Below are positions 50,181 to 59,711 of a DNA stretch of 64,000 bases, one piece after another (position 1 is the stretch's first letter; each line of letters opens with the position of its first letter). The stretch covers positions 64,001-128,000 of the forward strand of contig CAXXVK010000052.1 of assembly GCA_963676915.2 (NCBI GenBank). Direction: 5' to 3'. The position numbers and the translations under genes are program-made. The notes beneath the pieces were generated by a model. It was not told where the DNA came from. It worked only from the letters and a program-made list of their open reading frames with translations, and made no database searches. Origin of the DNA: Myxococcota bacterium (lineage in GTDB: Bacteria; Myxococcota_A; SURF-8; G963663525).

Positions 50181-51569
50181 TTACTCGAAACTTTCCGGGC
50201 TGGGAAGTTCCGCGCCTTCTTTGCCGAGCAACTCGTCCAGAGAAAAGCCCTGAAACGTTTGTTGCGGAACGGGAATTTCCCCGGCTGCCGCCCAGAAAAT
50301 GCGCTTGGCGGGATCGAACACGATAGCGAACAGCGCACCGTTGGTCGCGAGGCTGGAGTTGTTGTCGAACACGTCCAGGCCATAGACTTCGCCGGTATTC
50401 GGGTCTTGGCGATCACGCATCATGGTGATGAACATTTCGGGAGACAACGTTCCGTACAGACTGTCGGTAGCATCTTTCGGAAGAAGCTGTTGCAACCGCG
50501 CCAAACGATTTGCGGAAGATTCTCCGTTGGGTTCCGCATCGAGTTCGCTGGTTTCCTGTGCCAGGAAATGATTGGTCACGAATACGATATCATCGTCCAA
50601 CTCGCGAATTCCTACCGCTTTTCCCGTCATTTCGAAAATGGCAGCCTGATTGTTGGTACCATCCGCCACGGTGATGATCTCTGCCGACATGTGCGATACT
50701 TCCGCAATCATCTGCCGTGCTTTTTCCAGGCTATCGGCATGTTTGAGAATCTGCGCCTGCAACTGGACGTGACTGCGGCCATCGAGAGAACCGACGGTTT
50801 TGTCCAACGGATCGGCCTCGTTGGAAGCCGCAGAAATCCCGGCCTCATTGATACCACTGTAGGGACTCAGATTTGCAGGGAAACCGATGAACGCATGGGC
50901 CAGTCCATCGCTAGGCTGGCGCACGAAAATCGTCGGAAATTCAAGGATGTAGTCCATCTGGGTCCAGTCGAGAAGACGAGCGTGATACATGCGACCATCT
51001 TCGGTAGCCGCGCCGGTGGCCACAGCCTGACTGCATCCCGGTTGGATCTTCTTGGCCAAACGCTTGGCTTCTTCTTCGGGAACTCCCGAATAGAGGAATT
51101 CCACCAGCACATCTCCGAAATTGAGCACGAGACACATGTCCATCGTCCAGCCGACATCCCCGGCGGCATCTACCATACCCTGACATTCGTCCAGCACGTC
51201 TTGATAGGATTTTTCGTAGGCCAGATCGAGCACGCCAAGGTTCTTGGCGATTTCGGGCATCGACGCCAAACCCGGATCGGCTTGGATGAATTCCAGACCT
51301 TTTTTCAGCTCTTCATGCAACAGTGTTCCGTGTTGGAATCCCATCTCATAGGGAGTACCTTCCAACCAGACGATCGTCCATTTGCCGCGCTTTTCCACTT
51401 TTCCGGTGGGAGCGGATTCCTCTTCGCTCTCCTGCTCGGCAATCAGATCGGTATCGCTATCGCCCGGAACGTTGTCGTTGTCGTCGTCATCCCCGCCACA
51501 AGCCGGAAGTGATAAAACAGCCAAAAGCAGTCCGAAAAAACAAAACATACGCCAAGAAAGATTCGACAT
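50181..51569 (-). CDS. C45-family Ntn-hydrolase (acyltransferase/amidase) lipoprotein
   Basis: Lipobox LPAC + acidic linker; GTPYEMGFQHG, G|CS nucleophile, HARLLDW, GINEAG, TNHF, S..R..RL. Confidence 0.88.
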   Translation of the reverse strand: MSNLSWRMFCFFGLLLAVLSLPACGGDDDDNDNVPGDSDTDLIAEQESEEESAPTGKVEKRGKWTIVWLEGTPYEMGFQHGTLLHEELKKGLEFIQADPGLASMPEIAKNLGVLDLAYEKSYQDVLDECQGMVDAAGDVGWTMDMCLVLNFGDVLVEFLYSGVPEEEAKRLAKKIQPGCSQAVATGAATEDGRMYHARLLDWTQMDYILEFPTIFVRQPSDGLAHAFIGFPANLSPYSGINEAGISAASNEADPLDKTVGSLDGRSHVQLQAQILKHADSLEKARQMIAEVSHMSAEIITVADGTNNQAAIFEMTGKAVGIRELDDDIVFVTNHFLAQETSELDAEPNGESSANRLARLQQLLPKDATDSLYGTLSPEMFITMMRDRQDPNTGEVYGLDVFDNNSSLATNGALFAIVFDPAKRIFWAAAGEIPVPQQTFQGFSLDELLGKEGAELPSPESFE

Positions 51570-51669
51570 GCTGCGACTCCGCGAAAAGGTGCTTGAAAGT
51601 TGTCCGATAATTCTCAAAACGACAGGACAATAACGTACTATCCCACCATTTGGCAATGATTGTTCCACC

Positions 51670-53832
51670 TTACCGTGCGGTTTCCCGATCCTTGCAACAA
51701 CGGAATCCGGCGTACAGGCTGGTCCATCCTGCATTGTAAGTGCACTGCAAACGAGTGGACGCCCCTGCGCAATTGAATGCACCACCGCGAATCATGAAGC
51801 CCCGGCTATCGATATCGGTGGTCACCGGGATAATCTCCCACAGGTTTCCATTAATATCGAAAGCTCCGTATTCGTTGACGCAATCGGGAAAGCTGCCCGT
51901 CGGCATCATATGAAAACACCAGGCTCCCGATGTTCCCGCCTCACCGCAACTGTAGCCGCAACCCGAGGAAAGGTTACATTCCTCCAGCGAAATTCCATTC
52001 GAAAGACAATAGTCGTCGCAATATGTATCGACACAGTTGCAGGTTTCACGGTTGAATGTATTGCCGAAAACATAGATATTCCCCTCACTTCCGGTGCAGG
52101 AAGCGAACCATTCCTCCGGGGTGCACATTCGTTTTCCGGCCGCCTCGCATGCCGCAGTGAAAACCGGAACGTCCGCACTCGTAATGGGATTGACATACCA
52201 AGGCATCACACCGGCACGACTGACGGCGATACTGTTGTCCGAACCGCTGTCATCCACGGTTGCATCCTGCCGGGATGCTTCGTAGCGATCGATGCACACT
52301 TCTCCAATATCCACCATGTCATCCGGGCAGGCGGAGACGGCGCAGGCGGCGCTTTGTTCGCAACGTCCTTCATCGGCGAGACAGATTTCATCGGCCTCGC
52401 AAGTCTGTGCAATCTCCCAATCTCCCAAGCTTTCCTGCATCGATCCGTCGCAACCTGCACTCGTTCCCGTACAATCCCAACGGCGTTCTACCAACTGGCT
52501 CGACAACTGCGCCCCACAGAGTTGTTCCGAACAATCGTATTGCGTGAACGACTCTTCCCGACAAAGGGTTCCTTGTTCCTTAAGCGTTTGGGTTTCGGTA
52601 TCGCAGCAAAGACCTTCTTCACAATAGGTGGGATCACAGCGAGGACGGTCTGCAAGACAGGCGGAAGTTTCAGCATCGCAGGTTTCCGTGGTGTCGCAAT
52701 CCTGCAGGAGGCTCGGTTCACCCCAAACCAACGTCCCATCACAAGCCGTTGAAATTCCGGAGCAATGGCGATCGGCGGTTTGCTGCTGAAGATCCGCACC
52801 ACATTCGTTCCCGCTACAAATCACGCGGGTATCGGCTTCGGTTTCGCAAATGGCATCCGCACCTCGAATCCGCTGGGCTTCCGTGTCGCAGCAAGGCGCA
52901 TCCACATCGCAGAAATCGTTGCCGCAAACCGCTTCGGAAACACAACCAAGCTGCTGCAAGTCGCAAAGTTCCATATCCGTGCAATTTTGTACAATTTCGT
53001 ACGGTCCCGCAACGGCTTCGCCCTCACATACCGAAGAAGTTCCCGTACAGGTGTTTCGGTACTCTCTCGCTTCTAGATCGGCTCCGCAGGCGGTACCGGA
53101 ACAGCGGTACTCGGTGTTCACCCCAAGAATTTGTCCGCAGGGAGTCCCCTGAGGTGCAAAGGTTTCACTTTCCAGATCGCAGCATTCACCCGCATTGCAA
53201 TAGGTATCGTCACAAAGCGGCCGGTCGTTTACACACAGCAACTCGACCGAATCGCAACGTTGCATCGAAGTGCAATCCGTGTGAAGCGTCCACTCGGCAT
53301 ACGCTCCCAACTCTCCTTCACACGCAGCGGAATTTCCCGAGCAGAAACGGGGACGGTAGCGGTTGTAAAGGTCTTTTCCGCAACCGGCTTCACCGCCATC
53401 CTGCGGATTGTCGGGACAACCGAGTTGGGATTCGGCCTGAGCATCACAAACCGTTTCGGCGGAATCGAAATGGCAGCCATCCGTACAACACGGTCCTTCC
53501 GTGCATTCGCAAGGCGGCTCGCCGTCTTCTTCATCGATAGGATCAGCATCGAAATCCTGGTCGGATTCTTCGGAATCTTCATCTCCAGGATCGATGCAAC
53601 CACCCGATTCCTCTTCTTCCTGCTCGACTTCATCCGCTTCGTCTTCGCCCTCAATGTCGCTATCGGATTCCGAAACGATGTCGTCGTCATCCCCGTTGGG
53701 AACGATGATTGGAATATCCCGTTCGAGGTCTTCATCTCCGGCGCTGTCGGTCGAGGAACTTTCGAAACATCCGAAAAAAGTCAGAAGAAAACAAGCCGTT
53801 CCGATCCACGCAACTTTCTTCAATCCGCACAT
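51670..53832 (-). CDS. lipoprotein with four disintegrin-like Cys-rich repeats and C-terminal FGE-sulfatase (SUMF1) domain
   Basis: Lipobox FFGC; acidic linker; CP.DMV..,CIDRYE,GKRMC..EW,G.FDINGNLWE,RGG,GFRCC. Confidence 0.85.
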   Translation of the reverse strand: MCGLKKVAWIGTACFLLTFFGCFESSSTDSAGDEDLERDIPIIVPNGDDDDIVSESDSDIEGEDEADEVEQEEEESGGCIDPGDEDSEESDQDFDADPIDEEDGEPPCECTEGPCCTDGCHFDSAETVCDAQAESQLGCPDNPQDGGEAGCGKDLYNRYRPRFCSGNSAACEGELGAYAEWTLHTDCTSMQRCDSVELLCVNDRPLCDDTYCNAGECCDLESETFAPQGTPCGQILGVNTEYRCSGTACGADLEAREYRNTCTGTSSVCEGEAVAGPYEIVQNCTDMELCDLQQLGCVSEAVCGNDFCDVDAPCCDTEAQRIRGADAICETEADTRVICSGNECGADLQQQTADRHCSGISTACDGTLVWGEPSLLQDCDTTETCDAETSACLADRPRCDPTYCEEGLCCDTETQTLKEQGTLCREESFTQYDCSEQLCGAQLSSQLVERRWDCTGTSAGCDGSMQESLGDWEIAQTCEADEICLADEGRCEQSAACAVSACPDDMVDIGEVCIDRYEASRQDATVDDSGSDNSIAVSRAGVMPWYVNPITSADVPVFTAACEAAGKRMCTPEEWFASCTGSEGNIYVFGNTFNRETCNCVDTYCDDYCLSNGISLEECNLSSGCGYSCGEAGTSGAWCFHMMPTGSFPDCVNEYGAFDINGNLWEIIPVTTDIDSRGFMIRGGAFNCAGASTRLQCTYNAGWTSLYAGFRCCKDRETAR
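52342..53505 (-). repeat. four ~95-100 aa Cys-rich repeats
   Basis: C...(.)CC.......C...C...CG.(D/Q)L......C.G.S..C.G.....C....C.....C....C in four copies. Confidence 0.8.
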
Positions 53833-53875
53833 GACTCACCTCGTTTCCGCGCTTCGAGACCATTCACTCTTCGGT

Positions 53876-55807
53876 TCAACCGACAAACTGTCTCTTGCGT
53901 GCCAGCAACAAGCATCCCAATCCCAGTCCGATCCAGATCCAGGAAGTTTCTCCCGCCGTGCGACAATCTCCGCCGTCCCCGCCGGGTTTCTCGTCCAAAG
54001 GTTCCCAGTCCATGTCTCCGGGAGAATCGGTGTCATCCGCATCTTCGTCGCCATCCACCGTAGCCGCGATGGTCCCGCCCAAAGCGATGTGATCGCGAAT
54101 GAAAGGCGATTTGTTGGATTCACCGGCAGTGCTGGCGCTCATATAACGTCCCCACCAGTAACTCGCCAGCAGATCGCCTCCCGGATTCAGCCGCAGCCCT
54201 CCCCCACCGTTGACCGTGAAGGGATTGGAGCGGGAATCGAAATTCGACGGCGGACGAATGGACGGATGCAAGGCTTCGGTAGCCATCCAGCTTCCGTTCT
54301 CGTTGGCGGCTTCCAAAATCAATTCGGTGACGCCATCGACGGCAATGCAGCGACCGACGGCGATTTCGTCTTCATCGCAGTTTTCTCGTCGAGTATTCCA
54401 GTATGGACCAAGTTCGAAGCCCATCAGTAGATCCGCTGTTGAATCGATCAACTCCTGCGAAACGCCGTTGCGGGTCAGGGTCATGTAAATCATGTTCCAC
54501 ATCGGCTGTTTGCACAAAGCGGCGGTGTGGGTTTCATCTTCTCTGTTCCACCATCCATCTTCGAGATAGCGGTACAACGCTTCGGTCACTTCGGGATCGT
54601 TCTCCAGGTACAGCAACAACCACAGGGCGATGGCGGTCATGTCAGGCACGTCGAAATTCGTGCTGGTTCCCATGTAGGTGTAGTCCATTGCACCTTCGTC
54701 CTCACCCCGATTGACGTTCGCCAGGTAATCGCGCTGGACCATCAATTCGTTGTAAAGATACTCCTCCAACTCGGGATCGCCGGTTACGTGGTGTAGTCCC
54801 TTGATGATAGCCAGGGCCATAACCGTGTTGAATTTGTTGAACGTTTCCGAATCGTTCGACAAGTAGAGCTTTTCGACGGATTTGGCGTTCAGGTCGTGGT
54901 ACATCGTCGGTCGGCCATCGGCATCCATGATGATGAGATCATATTCCCCCTGCCCTACCGGACCATCGAGTTCGGCCAGATCGCGTTTTTTCATCAGCAT
55001 TTTCCCGACGCCGAGGGCATCTTCCTGCATGCGCGTCACGAGGCTTTGATCGATGTCCGAATCGTCCTTGATCGCATCGTACAACGCCACCATGCCGAAG
55101 ATCTGACCGACGAGCTGATCTTTCGAACAGGAATCGATCCAGGCCCATTCTCCCTCCGGCAACACGCCGTCGCTGTTGTCGTAGCGAAACGATCCGTTGG
55201 ATTTGGGCTGCGGGAGCGGCTCGCCGTTTTCGTCGAACAGTTCGATATAGTCCCGTTCGATGGTCGGCAGAGGCGGATCGTTGGTATCTTCCGGCGTCAG
55301 GCGCTTGATTCCCCGAGCCACGAGTCCGTTTCCGCCGGTCACGACGTAAAAAACGTGCCAGGAATTCACGGCTCGCACCACACGTTCCCGTGCAAGTTCA
55401 AGCCTTTCACCCGTAATTCCCTCTCTCTTGAGCACCATGTATTCGTAGGCCGCCGCCGTCATCGCGATACCACCGAAAAACCCGAGATCGCCGTATTCAC
55501 CGTAGTGGGAAAGCAATTCGAACAGGTGCGTACCCGTGACGCTCTCGAAGTCGTCGCTAGCCGTCTGTGCAAGAAACTGATCGATCTTTTCGACAGCTTC
55601 CTCGTCCTTCGGATGCACATCGAGCGACAATCCGAAGGGATCGGCATTGAGCTGATAAAACTGACGTGCATGTTGTTGCATCCGGGTATCGAGCGTCTCG
55701 TATTGCCCTTCGGGAAAGATTGGCGCGGCTTGCACGGTCTGCATAGCGCCAACAAAGACACTTAACGCGGCAAAAAACAAGCCGACGTTTTTCAAAAACG
55801 TTTGCAT
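53876..55807 (-). CDS. secreted hypothetical protein (probable alpha/alpha-barrel) with MYXO-CTERM-like C-terminal anchor
   Basis: Sec signal (..TVQA|AP); C-terminus acidic linker-GGDGGDC-...WIWIGLGLGCLLLA-RKR. Confidence 0.75.
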   Translation of the reverse strand: MQTFLKNVGLFFAALSVFVGAMQTVQAAPIFPEGQYETLDTRMQQHARQFYQLNADPFGLSLDVHPKDEEAVEKIDQFLAQTASDDFESVTGTHLFELLSHYGEYGDLGFFGGIAMTAAAYEYMVLKREGITGERLELARERVVRAVNSWHVFYVVTGGNGLVARGIKRLTPEDTNDPPLPTIERDYIELFDENGEPLPQPKSNGSFRYDNSDGVLPEGEWAWIDSCSKDQLVGQIFGMVALYDAIKDDSDIDQSLVTRMQEDALGVGKMLMKKRDLAELDGPVGQGEYDLIIMDADGRPTMYHDLNAKSVEKLYLSNDSETFNKFNTVMALAIIKGLHHVTGDPELEEYLYNELMVQRDYLANVNRGEDEGAMDYTYMGTSTNFDVPDMTAIALWLLLYLENDPEVTEALYRYLEDGWWNREDETHTAALCKQPMWNMIYMTLTRNGVSQELIDSTADLLMGFELGPYWNTRRENCDEDEIAVGRCIAVDGVTELILEAANENGSWMATEALHPSIRPPSNFDSRSNPFTVNGGGGLRLNPGGDLLASYWWGRYMSASTAGESNKSPFIRDHIALGGTIAATVDGDEDADDTDSPGDMDWEPLDEKPGGDGGDCRTAGETSWIWIGLGLGCLLLARKRQFVG

Positions 55808-55856
55808 CGTGAAATTCTTTCGATGAGAGAAATCTTCAAGACACACAACAAGTGGT

Positions 55857-56081
55857 TCACGGAACTCGCCCGTAAGCTTTGTCCTGTGCCCTGTTGTACG
55901 CCGTATAAGCGGAAATCAGGTGGCAGATCCATCCCAGCAAGCCACCGGAACCGATCCAAAACCCCGGCGTGACAATCAGCCAAAACAGTCCCCGTAGAAA
56001 ATCTCCGTTGTATATTTGTCCAACACCAGGAACAACCAACGACAGCACGGCAGCAGTTCCGAATGAATGATCTTGAGCCAA
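55857..56081 (-). CDS. small membrane protein (TM2/DUF5683-like)
   Basis: AAVLSLVVPGVGQIYNG motif; AAGGAGG RBS before TTG. Confidence 0.8.
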   Translation of the reverse strand: MAQDHSFGTAAVLSLVVPGVGQIYNGDFLRGLFWLIVTPGFWIGSGGLLGWICHLISAYTAYNRAQDKAYGRVP

Positions 56082-56290
56082 CGTTTCCTCCTTGCAAACC
56101 GACGAAATCCTTCATTTCGTTCGAACACAACCAGGCCAAAACACTCCACGACGGAGTGCTATCCTGAAGCTTTAGACGCTTATATGCGGCACGGTTTTCA
56201 CACATTGTTATGTAAAGGTGTGAAAACTCCTTCATTTTTACTAAATTTCGTGATGTGAGACAAGAGCCTCTTGACGAATCCATCCCAACG

Positions 56291-57769
56291 TCAGGGTTTG
56301 ACGGACCAGACCGTGCCTTCCTTGGAATCCTTCACCAGAATCCCTTTCTCGGCCAGCACATCGCGCAGGCGGTCGGACTCGACCCAGTCTTTCGCTTCAC
56401 GAGCCTTGGTTCGTTGCTCCAACAGGGCTTCGATTTCTTCGACGCCAATCCCCAACCGCTTCAATTCCCGTCCGGTCATGTCGCCGAGATATTCGTCCGG
56501 CGTGCGCTGCAAAAGACCTAGTACCTCGAACAAAGGAATAAGCTGTGCACGGATCGCCGCCAGCGTCGCCGCGATATCGGCAGCACTATGATCGCCGGGA
56601 GCGGTCAGCAGATCGTTGGCCAGCTTGAAGAACCCGGAAAGCCCGCCGATGGCTCGGGGGGTATTGAAATCGTCATCCATAGAGATTTGGAATTGCTCGG
56701 GAATCGCCGCGATTTTCTCGGCATCGATAGGATTTCCACCGTCGGCGGAATGCTCGGCGAGATACCGATCCATTTCCTCCAATGTTTTGTATAAATACGT
56801 TACTCGCTTTTGGGACTGGTTGAGGCGATCCTCGGAAAACAGTACATCCTTGCGATAATGGGTGGACAGCATCAGGAACTTGAGCGCTTCAGGGTCAAAG
56901 GCATCGAGAACGTCTCGGATCGTCAGGAAATTCCCCAGTGATTTCGACATCTTCACCTGCCCGGAACCATCCTCGGCAGGCATGTTAATGAAGCCGTTGT
57001 GAATCCAGTAGCGGGCATAGGGTTTGCCTGTAGACGCCTCCGACTGGGCGATTTCGTTTTCGTGGTGCGGGAAAATCAGATCCTTGCCACCACCGTGAAT
57101 ATCGAACGATTCTCCGAGATTGTTCGTGGACATCACCGAGCATTCGATGTGCCAGCCGGGCCGACCTTCTCCCCAGGGAGACTCCCATTTGGGTTCGCCG
57201 GGCTTGCTGGCTTTCCACAGGGCGAAATCGAGGGGGGATTCTTTTTGGTCGCTCACATCCACACGCGCCCCGGCTTCCAGTTCCTCCAAATTCTTGCCCG
57301 AAAGCTTACCGTACCCTTTGAACGAATCGACCCGGTAATAGACATCTCCGCTTTCGGTCGCGTAGGCATGACCTTTTTCGATCAAAGAGCCAATGAATTC
57401 GATCATTTGCGGGACGTAATGGGTGCAGTACGGTTCCACGTCGGGATGCAACAGACCGAGAGAGTCCATATCCTCGTTGAACGCCTGGATATATTTGTCC
57501 GTCAGTTCAGTGGTCGTAATACCCAACTCCAAGGCACGTTTGATGATTTTGTCGTCGATGTCGGTGAAATTCCGAACGTAGGTGACATCGTAACCGCTGT
57601 ACTTCAAATAGCGAAAAATCACGTCGAAATAGATCGTAGGTCGTGCATGACCCACATGACTGTAATCGTAAACCGTCACGCCACAGACATACATCCCGAC
57701 CTTGGGAGGATTCAAAGGGGTGAAATCTTCTTTCCGATTGGTCATCGTATTGTAAAGTCGTAGCGCCAT
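56291..57769 (-). CDS. cysS: cysteine--tRNA ligase
   Basis: MYVCGVTVYD..HVGHAR, DFALWK, GRPGWHIECS, DIHGGGKDLIFPHHENE, KMSKS, DDDFNT. Confidence 0.98.
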   Translation of the reverse strand: MALRLYNTMTNRKEDFTPLNPPKVGMYVCGVTVYDYSHVGHARPTIYFDVIFRYLKYSGYDVTYVRNFTDIDDKIIKRALELGITTTELTDKYIQAFNEDMDSLGLLHPDVEPYCTHYVPQMIEFIGSLIEKGHAYATESGDVYYRVDSFKGYGKLSGKNLEELEAGARVDVSDQKESPLDFALWKASKPGEPKWESPWGEGRPGWHIECSVMSTNNLGESFDIHGGGKDLIFPHHENEIAQSEASTGKPYARYWIHNGFINMPAEDGSGQVKMSKSLGNFLTIRDVLDAFDPEALKFLMLSTHYRKDVLFSEDRLNQSQKRVTYLYKTLEEMDRYLAEHSADGGNPIDAEKIAAIPEQFQISMDDDFNTPRAIGGLSGFFKLANDLLTAPGDHSAADIAATLAAIRAQLIPLFEVLGLLQRTPDEYLGDMTGRELKRLGIGVEEIEALLEQRTKAREAKDWVESDRLRDVLAEKGILVKDSKEGTVWSVKP

Positions 57770-57804
57770 GATTTTCCTCGAATACAGTGGTAAAAAGAGA
57801 AATC

Positions 57805-57832
57805 ATTGTAACGGTTCATGCCCGGCGGTCAA
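57805..57832 (-). promoter_or_regulatory. sigma70-type promoter of cysS
   Basis: TTGACC-16 bp-TACAAT. Confidence 0.55.
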
Positions 57833-58090
57833 TAGTATTCGCCGGAAAGTTTTGTTCCACACCCCATTTCGGATACAAAAACCCACCGAAAATGAAATCT
57901 CCTAGAAGTCATCCCAAAATACCGACCGAGGATTTCGAGACGAATTCGTCGTTGGTGAGACGCGGAATACCGGGAGTCTTTCAAGTCGAGACCGGCGACG
58001 AAGCCGACCGAAAGCATCCGAAAGGCGACAGGAGTGTATTTTTAGGATGGCTTCAAACAAAACCGCATGTTTTTCAATGGAATAATTTCA

Positions 58091-59674
58091 TTATTTCAAT
58101 TCGGAAATAGTCAGTTCGGCGTGAATGCGCCATGACCCTTTCGGGTAGTTCTTTAGATAGTCACGGTAGGCTTTTATCGCTTTTTCACGATCCCCAAGGC
58201 TTTTGTAACACTCCCCAACCAGGAACATCGCCCGCTCGTTGACGAAGCCGGAGTGGTCGTCGATATACTCCTGGAGCGAATCCAAGGCCCGCTGTGTGTA
58301 GCCATCTTTCATGAAATTCTCGATGGCTTCGTAAAATCGCTCGACGTTATATCTCTCCAATGGTGGCAACGTTTGCAAATTCTGCGACCAATTCCCATTC
58401 GGAGATTTTCCGTTCTTCGACTCTCGCCCTCGATGTGTCGCTGAATCGGTTGTACCATCCGACAACTCCGGCAAACCATCGATATCCATCTCAATCGCAG
58501 GAATTTCCAATGTGGAATGGCTGGGGGTTCCTCCGGCAATGTTTTCTTTGTTTGCCTCACTGGAATCGGCATTTCTTGAAGCAGAAGGTTTTCCATGCAC
58601 GGGATGGTGACCGGAAGGTTCCGTCCCTTTGCCCTGCCTATGACTTGGAGTATTCACAGATACGGAATGCTGTTGGGTATTTTTGCGACCTTCTGAAATC
58701 GTTGAAGAAATCGGCTTTTCTTCTTTGGGTGCTCTTACAACCACGGGCCGGTCTACCCCTTTGGACCATGTGGCGTGGTCATTCGCCGTAAGCGCTATAG
58801 AAAAAATCTTCTCTCGGTCGGAATAGAGAACTTTTCCTTTTTGCACCGATACTTTTTCCCATTCTTCGGAGCGCTTGACGTGGATTGAAAACCGCGTTCC
58901 GACCACTTCGACCGCCCCTTTCGGTGTCAAAACAAAAACAGGTTCTTTCCCCGGTCGAACCGAAAAATCCGCTCGTCCATCGACGAGCGGAACCAGTCGC
59001 CCCCTGTAGCGAACAAATGTCAAAGCCCCCATCGGATGCACGACCGACCGGACGCGCTCCCCGATTTTCATGGTCAGTGGCCGGTTTTCATCGGCATTGA
59101 AAATGTATCGTCCGGTTTCCAGTACCCTGTTGACACCTTGAGTTTCAACCGTTCCGGTCGTTTTTTCCATACTCTGGGTACCGGCCAACAAGCGAATATC
59201 GTACAGCCTTACTCCTTCCGCTACATCTTTTGTTTCTTGCGGAAGAGCATCTTTGTTTTTTCCAATAATAAAGGAGTTGGCGGATTGCTCGATCGGTCCA
59301 AAATTATCACAAACATATGTATTTACGTTTCTGCTTCCCTGGTCGATATTGGTTTTGATTACCTCAAAATCATCGAAATACGAAATAGCAACAATTAAAA
59401 CTACAAAAGCAATTTCTACCGGCACCCAGATCGCCCAATTCGAGAACCTTTTAGCTGGTTTATTTTTCTCGGCTCGCCAATGAGCCAGAGTTTTTTGTCG
59501 AAGAGCGTCCCAGCGTTCCTCGGAAAATTCCACTGGCCGGTTGCATTCTCGAACCGTTTTTTCTACGAAATGAAGCTTCTTTTCCTGCACATCGGACACA
59601 CGGGTTCCCTCGCGTCGGGCAACGCGCTGCAAAAACCTGAAAAGGCGTGTCGAATTGGGATCGGAAGCACTCAT
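58091..59674 (-). CDS. anti-sigma-like membrane protein with FecR domain and C-terminal TPR
   Basis: One TM, L.DG.A.F.V, V.TP.G.VEVVGTRFS, V.V..G.V FecR motifs, low-complexity linker, TPR ending YP.G. Confidence 0.82.
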   Translation of the reverse strand: MSASDPNSTRLFRFLQRVARREGTRVSDVQEKKLHFVEKTVRECNRPVEFSEERWDALRQKTLAHWRAEKNKPAKRFSNWAIWVPVEIAFVVLIVAISYFDDFEVIKTNIDQGSRNVNTYVCDNFGPIEQSANSFIIGKNKDALPQETKDVAEGVRLYDIRLLAGTQSMEKTTGTVETQGVNRVLETGRYIFNADENRPLTMKIGERVRSVVHPMGALTFVRYRGRLVPLVDGRADFSVRPGKEPVFVLTPKGAVEVVGTRFSIHVKRSEEWEKVSVQKGKVLYSDREKIFSIALTANDHATWSKGVDRPVVVRAPKEEKPISSTISEGRKNTQQHSVSVNTPSHRQGKGTEPSGHHPVHGKPSASRNADSSEANKENIAGGTPSHSTLEIPAIEMDIDGLPELSDGTTDSATHRGRESKNGKSPNGNWSQNLQTLPPLERYNVERFYEAIENFMKDGYTQRALDSLQEYIDDHSGFVNERAMFLVGECYKSLGDREKAIKAYRDYLKNYPKGSWRIHAELTISELK

Positions 59675-59711
59675 AAATTCTTCTCGTTATTTCCTTTCTT
59701 GTTGTCCAAGG

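Noticed and set aside
51670-52330. FGE/C-type-lectin-fold C-terminus as a diversity-generating retroelement target
   Set aside because: No template repeat or reverse transcriptase seen in the window
57880-58040. GAAA-rich segment (CCGAAAG twice) upstream of cysS as a c-di-GMP riboswitch or T-box
   Set aside because: No GCAAA..GGGACGCAAAGC core or T-box consensus; lies upstream of the predicted cysS promoter
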